From Eledone cirrhosa (lineage: Eukaryota): a DNA stretch of 64,000 nt. Location: positions 125,302,001-125,366,000 of the forward strand of contig OZ024744.1 in the NCBI GenBank assembly GCA_964016885.1, read 5' to 3'. This document shows positions 55,132 through 64,000 of this stretch, one piece after another; positions within the stretch are counted from its first letter, which is position 1, and every line of letters begins with the position of its first letter. The notes beneath the pieces were generated by a model. It did not search any database and was not told where the DNA came from. It was given only the letters and a program-made list of their open reading frames with translations. Position numbers and translations under genes: made by a program.

Positions 55132-58100
55132 AATACTCTCACATCTTTCTGTTCAAACCAGCCATAACTGGCCACTCATACTGACGTTAAGGTATTGTTC
55201 TCAATATAAATAATATCAAAATCTCATAGATTCGATATTATATGAGATAATTATGTAAGATAAAGCCTTTACCACAAAAATACAATAGTATATATAGAGT
55301 AATAAAAATGCTAAAGGGTAAAAGTAGCTTATTATTTTGTGAGCTCTTGCTACTTATTGCTCTTGTGCATCAAGAACATACACAGCTTACATTTTGTTGC
55401 TAATCTCACTGAGATCCAACTACATCTCTTGTTTATCCATAGTTTGGAATTTCTACCTACTCCTTTCCTTTAGAATGATCAAGGCCATTTTCTTGTGGGG
55501 ATCTAGGCCCTGTTTTCCTTTCTATTTTGCCAAGTTATCTTACATCACTTTCATTCTAGACCATGCTTCCAGGTTTGGAATTTCTCCTCTAATTTTACCA
55601 CAGATTAAGTGACAAGGGTTCAATCATGTGCATACAGGAGTTCCCATGGACAGCCAGTAATATGTAATAGCCTGCAGGATGATAATAAACAGAAGAGGGT
55701 TAATTACAGAGCCCTGATAGAGGGTTAATAACAGAGCCCTGATAGACTTGTTCACTCAACTCCTCACTATAGCCATCATTACTTTTAACCTTACTGACTG
55801 CTCCTCCATACATGGCTTTTACTGCTCTCACAAGCCACTCATATACCCCTAGTTTTCTAAGTTATACACCAGATTAGGGAAGGGGGAAGTCTCACAGAAG
55901 CTCTCTCTGGGTCAACAAATGCCAAGTAGAGGGGCTTATTTTAGCTAGGTACTACTCTTGCAGTTGCCACACAAGGAAGAGGACATCAGTGGTACTTTTA
56001 CCTGGCACAAATCCAAACTTCATCTCATCTAGGTTAACTTGGTCCCTAATCAGCTGTGTTATAAATCTAACACCTTCATGAAGTGGTCCATCTAATATCT
56101 CTATAGTTTTCTAGCTCTAGTACATCTCCTTTGCCCTTGTAGCAGTTGATGATGATGATACTACACCATTTATTTGGTATGACACCATTTTGTATTACAT
56201 GCTGTACGATACCAGTGGTTAAGATGTGACCCACCATCCCAGATACTTTCAGTATCTCAGCAACTATCACCAATGGACAAGATACTTTCTCTGTCTTCAT
56301 ATCCTTAATTACCTTACTTCATATCCTTAATTACCTTACTGCTTACTTGTATGGCTGGACCCTCTGTTGGGCCCACTTTCCGTAGACTATCTTCCTCCCA
56401 TGCATTCTCCTCATTCAGTAATCTTTCATAAAGGCATTTCCATGTTACAAAGGTTGGCTGAAAAGTTCATAGACTATCAATGATAGCATGATGCTAGAGC
56501 TGTGAAATCTTGCCTGCATTAATTTCAACTCTTCTTATTAATAACTGCATTGTTTCCTTCCAGGGACTATGTTGAAAAATAAACCTCATTTGGTCATTCC
56601 ATGAGTGTATCTTGGTCTGCCTATGAACTTTTCAGCTGACCCTATTCAGCATCAGTGAGCCCAAATGCCCCATTATCATCCTGGACACACTTTACCCCAA
56701 CATCACAATTTGCCCTCACACACTGCCTCACTATCCTGAACATCTCATGTATTTCATCCTCACATCATAAAACCAACTGAAATTATATATTCTCTGCTTC
56801 CCTCCTTGCAAAGAATACTTCTTGCCTAGCTTCCTGTAGTGTACCCTCCAGCTGCCTCCATTCTGCCATTATTCCATGCCTGTCTCTTGGCCTTAACTGT
56901 CTCATCTACCCTAGTGTTTCACCACCAAGATACTCTCCTCTCTGAAGCCCTGCTCCAGCCACAGATCTAGTTTGACACCTTCAGCAAAGGTTCTTTAAGG
57001 AACTCCCACTGTTCCCCTATATTGTATGTTTCTATTTGTTCTTCCTTACTGTTGTAAAGATCAAACAAAATATCTCTAAATTTGGAACTGGCTGAGGGGT
57101 CCTTTAACTTCCATATCCTTCTCCTCCAAGTTGCCCTCAGTCTTCAAGTTCATCTAAGTCTATGAAATCACTAACTACTGGGTTATGTTGGGAGGTGCAT
57201 TCTTCCCCAGGGGGTGGGGATTGTGTGTTTACAAATGTCAATATCTCATCTTCTGGTGAGGATAAAAATCTGACTGGCATGCTCCTCTGACCAATAGGTG
57301 TTGAAGTGGTTGTCGGGTAAACGTTAAGACCCTCTGATATACATATATATATATATACTAGCAGTGGTACCCGGCGTTGCACGGGATAACGTATTTCGGA
57401 ACGCGGGCCGCCATCTTCCACTTCAGCCGGTCGCCCTAAAGTGTTGGCTATTCAGTCTACTTGAGGCCAGTTGGTGAGGGGGGGTAAAGCTTTCAGTGTG
57501 CTACTACCCTCACGGTCAAATAGAAAGGGAGAGGAAGAAAAGTCAGCGTTAATATCGTGCTACACGTTTGAAAGGTTGGATGACCTTAGAGTTCACCAGG
57601 GTGGGGGGTTCTAAAAGTATCTATCTTGGTATTTTATCTTAGAAGTAATCATTACAGAGTGTACTGGGTGTATTTTAGTGGGCAGTAATTCCATAAAGAA
57701 CACAGTATAATCTGTGGACACAAGCCTTGCAGTGTGATTACAGGCAGGTTAATGGGAAAGATAGATTATATATGTGACATGATGTACATGAGAAGTGAGG
57801 ACACAGACCACACATGAAATAGATTCCTACAACTGTCAGGGAGGCTCCCTAGAATTACAGATGACATATTTCAATATCTCGGTGATCAAGTTAGCAGTGG
57901 AGGAAGAATCTCTAAAAGTGTAATACCCAGGATAAGGACAGGCTGGAAGAAGTTTAGAGTACTGTTCCATCTGTTGACAACAAAGGGCTTCTCTCTCAGA
58001 ATGGAGGCTAGACTGCTTGATACTTATGTGTGGTCTGCAATCTACACCCCAGCCATGCCCCTTCCACTACCACTCCTTAGCTATTTCTCTCCATTAATAC

Positions 58101-58620
58101 TCCTCACATTTCAAGCAGTTTTCTCATCTCAATGAAAGAAAAATATTGGGCTCAAGAGAAGTCTTCAGTTATGCCATGGTGTGGCAACCTCCCTAGGGTT
58201 GGGCAGAGTGTAAATGAGAGTGAAATTAGGTATGAGAGGGATCAGATGCAGTATACAAGAGAGTAGATTACATTGGTATGGTCATGTGATGGGTATAAAG
58301 GATGACAGCTGTATAAAAATGTGCTGGGCAATCAAAGTTGATGGAAGTTATGAAGGCGGAAGACCTAGGATGACCTGGGATGAGGTGATAAAAGATGACT
58401 TTGCACAATTGCAACTCTCAAAGACAATGACACAGGATAGAGATCTTATTTATGTTTATTTACGTTTAGCGTAATCGATTTGTTTTCGATTTGTTTCCAT
58501 ATCACCACGCGTTTTATTTCATAGTCATAGTTATCAAGTTAGAAAACAAATGAAGTTCAGGGGGCCGACACTACCGACTTTCTTAAAGAAAAACAATTTA
58601 ACGCGGGTAACTACAAGATA
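55132..58620. repeat. Block copy D
   Basis: ORFs 55394, 56076 and 57137 are identical to those of copy A. Confidence 0.9.
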
Positions 58621-61600
58621 GGCATCAGTAGTAGTAGCTCCCTAAACTGTTTCCATCCCATTCTCACTCAGGCTACTGTACCTTCAGAACACCCACCTCC
58701 ACTGTTAATTTGGTTAATTAAGTTAACAGAAATTATGAACCGGTTTCTACAGAGCCTTCTGGACATTTAACCCTTTAGCATTTAAACCAGCCATACCTAG
58801 CCAGAATACTCTCACATCTTTCTGTTCAAACCAGCCATAACTGGCCACTCATACTGACGTTAAGGTATTGTTCTCAATATAAATAATATCAAAATCTCAT
58901 AGATTCGATATTATATGAGATAATTATGTAAGATAAAGCCTTTACCACAAAAATACAATAGTATATATAGAGTAATAAAAATGCTAAAGGGTAAAAGTAG
59001 CTTATTATTTTGTGAGCTCTTGCTACTTATTGCTCTTGTGCATCAAGAACATACACAGCTTACATTTTGTTGCTAATCTCACTGAGATCCAACTACATCT
59101 CTTGTTTATCCATAGTTTGGAATTTCTACCTACTCCTTTCCTTTAGAATGATCAAGGCCATTTTCTTGTGGGGATCTAGGCCCTGTTTTCCTTTCTATTT
59201 TGCCAAGTTATCTTACATCACTTTCATTCTAGACCATGCTTCCAGGTTTGGAATTTCTCCTCTAATTTTACCACAGATTAAGTGACAAGGGTTCAATCAT
59301 GTGCATACAGGAGTTCCCATGGACAGCCAGTAATATGTAATAGCCTGCAGGATGATAATAAACAGAAGAGGGTTAATTACAGAGCCCTGATAGAGGGTTA
59401 ATAACAGAGCCCTGATAGACTTGTTCACTCAACTCCTCACTATAGCCATCATTACTTTTAACCTTACTGACTGCTCCTCCATACATGGCTTTTACTGCTC
59501 TCACAAGCCACTCATATACCCCTAGTTTTCTAAGTTATACACCAGATTAGGGAAGGGGGAAGTCTCACAGAAGCTCTCTCTGGGTCAACAAATGCCAAGT
59601 AGAGGGGCTTATTTTAGCTAGGTACTACTCTTGCAGTTGCCACACAAGGAAGAGGACATCAGTGGTACTTTTACCTGGCACAAATCCAAACTTCATCTCA
59701 TCTAGGTTAACTTGGTCCCTAATCAGCTGTGTTATAAATCTAACACCTTCATGAAGTGGTCCATCTAATATCTCTATAGTTTTCTAGCTCTAGTACATCT
59801 CCTTTGCCCTTGTAGCAGTTGATGATGATGATACTACACCATTTATTTGGTATGACACCATTTTGTATTACATGCTGTACGATACCAGTGGTTAAGATGT
59901 GACCCACCATCCCAGATACTTTCAGTATCTCAGCAACTATCACCAATGGACAAGATACTTTCTCTGTCTTCATATCCTTAATTACCTTACTTCATATCCT
60001 TAATTACCTTACTGCTTACTTGTATGGCTGGACCCTCTGTTGGGCCCACTTTCCGTAGACTATCTTCCTCCCATGCATTCTCCTCATTCAGTAATCTTTC
60101 ATAAAGGCATTTCCATGTTACAAAGGTTGGCTGAAAAGTTCATAGACTATCAATGATAGCATGATGCTAGAGCTGTGAAATCTTGCCTGCATTAATTTCA
60201 ACTCTTCTTATTAATAACTGCATTGTTTCCTTCCAGGGACTATGTTGAAAAATAAACCTCATTTGGTCATTCCATGAGTGTATCTTGGTCTGCCTATGAA
60301 CTTTTCAGCTGACCCTATTCAGCATCAGTGAGCCCAAATGCCCCATTATCATCCTGGACACACTTTACCCCAACATCACAATTTGCCCTCACACACTGCC
60401 TCACAATCCTGAACATCTCATGTATTTCATCCTCACATCATAAAACCAACTGAAATTATATATTCTCTGCTTCCCTCCTTGCAAAGAATACTTCTTGCCT
60501 AGCTTCCTGTAGTGTACCCTCCAGCTGCCTCCATTCTGCCATTATTCCATGCCTGTCTCTTGGCCTTAACTGTCTCATCTACCCTAGTGTTTCACCACCA
60601 AGATACTCTCCTCTCTGAAGCCCTGCTCCAGCCACAGATCTAGTTTGACACCTTCAGCAAAGGTTCTTTAAGGAACTCCCACTGTTCCCCTATATTGTAT
60701 GTTTCTATTTGTTCTTCCTTACTGTTGTAAAGATCAAACAAAATATCTCTAAATTTGGAACTGGCTGAGGGGTCCTTTAACTTCCATATCCTTCTCCTCC
60801 AAGTTGCCCTCAGTCTTCAAGTTCATCTAAGTCTATGAAATCACTAACTACTGGGTTATGTTGGGAGGTGCATTCTTCCCCAGGGGGTGGGGATTGTGTG
60901 TTTACAAATGTCAATATCTCATCTTCTGGTGAGGATAAAAATCTGACTGGCATGCTCCTCTGACCAATAGGTGTTGAAGTGGTTGTCGGGTAAACGTTAA
61001 GACCCTCTGATATACATATATATATATATACTAGCAGTGGTACCCGGCGTTGCACGGGATAACGTATTTCGGAACGCGGGCCGCCATCTTCCACTTCAGC
61101 CGGTCGCCCTAAAGTGTTGGCTATTCAGTCTACTTGAGGCCAGTTGGTGAGGGGGGGGTAAAGCTTTCAGTGTGCTACTACCCTCACGGTCAAATAGAAA
61201 GGGAGAGGAAGAAAAGTCAGCGTTAATATCGTGCTACACGTTTGAAAGGTTGGATGACCTTAGAGTTCACCAGGGTGGGGGGTTCTAAAAGTATCTATCT
61301 TGGTATTTTATCTTAGAAGTAATCATTACAGAGTGTACTGGGTGTATTTTAGTGGGCAGTAATTCCATAAAGAACACAGTATAATCTGTGGACACAAGCC
61401 TTGCAGTGTGATTACAGGCAGGTTAATGGGAAAGATAGATTATATATGTGACATGATGTACATGAGAAGTGAGGACACAGACCACACATGAAATAGATTC
61501 CTACAACTGTCAGGGAGGCTCCCTAGAATTACAGATGACATATTTCAATATCTCGGTGATCAAGTTAGCAGTGGAGGAAGAATCTCTAAAAGTGTAATAC

Positions 61601-63050
61601 CCAGGATAAGGACAGGCTGGAAGAAGTTTAGAGTACTGTTCCATCTGTTGACAACAAAGGGCTTCTCTCTCAGAATGGAGGCTAGACTGCTTGATACTTA
61701 TGTGTGGTCTGCAATCTACACCCCAGCCATGCCCCTTCCACTACCACTCCTTAGCTATTTCTCTCCATTAATACTCCTCACATTTCAAGCAGTTTTCTCA
61801 TCTCAATGAAAGAAAAATATTGGGCTCAAGAGAAGTCTTCAGTTATGCCATGGTGTGGCAACCTCCCTAGGGTTGGGCAGAGTGTAAATGAGAGTGAAAT
61901 TAGGTATGAGAGGGATCATATGCAGTATACAAGAGAGTAGATTACATTGGTATGGTCATGTGATGGGTATAAAGGATGACAGCTGTATAAAAATGTGCTG
62001 GGCAATCAAAGTTGATGGAAGTTATGAAGGCGGAAGACCCAGGATGACCTGGGATGAGGTGATAAAAGATGACTTTGCACAATTGCAACTCTCAAAGACA
62101 ATGACACAGGATAGAGATCTTGAGATGTATGCAGCAATACAGAAGGCCTGCTTTCCAATGTGCACGGACTCAAACATACATCTAGTAGGCCCCTCCTAAC
62201 CACTATACTCCTTTCCAAACTCCCACACTCCCACTTCTGTACACACCACCTTTAGACTGTAAAGTGGTAGTGTACAAGTCACAACAAAAGCACCCAGTCC
62301 ACTCTGTAAAGTTGATGTGTTGGTGTCATAACAAAAGGCACTCAGTCCACTCTGTAAAGAGGTTGTGTAAGTGTCACAACAAAGACATCTAGTCCACACT
62401 GTAAAGTGGTCATGTAGGTGTCACAACAAAAAGTACCAGTCATTATTGTAAAGTGGTTGTATAGGTGTCATAACAAAAAGCACCCAGTCGACACTGTAAA
62501 GTGGTTGTGTAGGTGTCAGAACCAAAAGCACCCAGTCCACCCTGTAAAGTGGTTGTGTAGGTGTCATGATAAAAAGCACCCAGTCCACACAGTAAAGTGG
62601 TCATGTAGGTGTCACTAAAAAAGCACCCAGTCTACTCTGTAAAGTGGTCATGTAGGTGTCATGACAAATAGCACCCAGTCCACCCTGTAAAGTGTTCATG
62701 TAGGTGTCATGATGGAGAGTAACCAGTCCACAATGTAAAGTAGCCATGTAGCTGTCACAACAAAGCACCCAGTCCACACTGTAAAGTGGTCATGTAGGTG
62801 TCATTTCAAAAAGCACCCAGGTCCATGGCTTGGCCTGCTAACCGACGCTATACCCAAGTCGGTCGCCATGCTTTCCAGCATAGAGTTACGTCTCTTTATG
62901 GTCTGAGTTCAAATCACGCCGAGGTTAACTTTGCCTTTCATCCTTACGGGGTCGATAAAATAAAGCACCAGTAATGTACTGGGGTCGATTTAATCGACTT
63001 TCCCCTCCTCTGCCAAATGACACACACATGCATGGTTCGGGGGAACCTAC

Positions 63051-63086
<36 letters not shown>

Positions 63087-64000
63087 GTAGGTCACTGGTT
63101 GAGTCGGTATTAACCACAGTAACTAAGGTACTCAATACATATTAGATATAGGTGTCTTTCTAATTGCTGGCCTTGTTCATAAGGTATACACAAGTATGAT
63201 GTGTGTCTGTTTAACTGTACGTGTGAAAACATCGCGAAATTGCGCCTTTTAATATTTGAATATAAACAGTTAAAAAATAATTATTTTAGTAATTTTTAAA
63301 TATCGATAATGTGTATATAAATATTAGAAATCAATTTAATTAGTTCAGTAACATTACTCGGAGTTAAGATAAACCTTCATTTGAAGAAATTCGAGATTTG
63401 ACCAAATAAATAGATTATGTGATCAATAAAAAAAATATGTATACGCGCTTGAACGACGGGTTGCAGACAGTCAGGCATACAGACACATATTTTAAAGCGT
63501 GCGACGTTAAAAGTGTTACTCTCTCTCTTTTTAGATAGATAGACTTAATTAAAGCAGTTTCACTCTCTCTATATTTCATCAGCTCTCTCTCTCTTAAATT
63601 GAAAGATTCATTAAGGCTGAAATAATCTAAACAGTAACATCATTTTTCGCCAGCTCTAGCTTGCGTCCAGAGATATACACACACATATATATATATTTTT
63701 TTTGTTATCGAGTTGAGCTTTGCCAAGCATAGAATTCCAAATTTGACCATCTCCACTGAAAATGTTCGTGAAATAGTCTTTAAGAAGCAATTTAATTTTT
63801 TCCAACTGAAACTGTAAGTATTTTAAAATTTATTTCAACATGGTCTTAAAAGATTGTTGGCTTTTTTTAAATTCATAACTATTTACTATGAAATATAAAT
63901 TATTAAATCCAATTTATTTGATAACCATGATTTGATTTTATAATTACCTGAATCACGTTAACATGTATGTATATATATACACACACACGTGTGTGTATAT
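58621..64000. repeat. Block copy E plus 48-bp minisatellite, SINE and AT-rich region continuing off the window
   Basis: ORFs 59067, 59749, 60810 and 61888; 62901-64000 matches 15966-17085. Confidence 0.9.

Overview
Eukaryotic, repeat-dominated DNA with no recognisable host protein-coding gene. The SINE, RTE and MITE repertoire resembles what I recall from octopus genomes, which is an inference. The window is built from large, nearly identical duplications: 1-~8.0 kb recurs at +37,518 bp, and a degenerate RTE/MITE/Helitron block occurs five times. The most striking element is a collapsed pseudo-rDNA unit, complete at ~31.9-40.9 kb and partial at 1-3.4 kb. In order it contains (CCCTAA)n, ~172-bp spacer-like repeats, a divergent 18S 5' end, a ~5.8-kb satellite whose 263-bp monomer is a scrambled mosaic of short 18S and 28S motifs, a divergent 28S 3' end with a sarcin-ricin loop remnant, and a G-rich telomere-like tract. 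It is followed by a ~5-kb palindromic higher-order satellite associated with Helitron-type termini. Also present are one CR1-type LINE with an intact 921-aa ORF2, an R4/Dong-like fragment with a twin-priming-type inversion and a paralogous empty site, a CRE-like fragment, many RTE fragments, SINEs, MITEs and mini/microsatellites. All family assignments come from motif recognition by eye; no searches were run.
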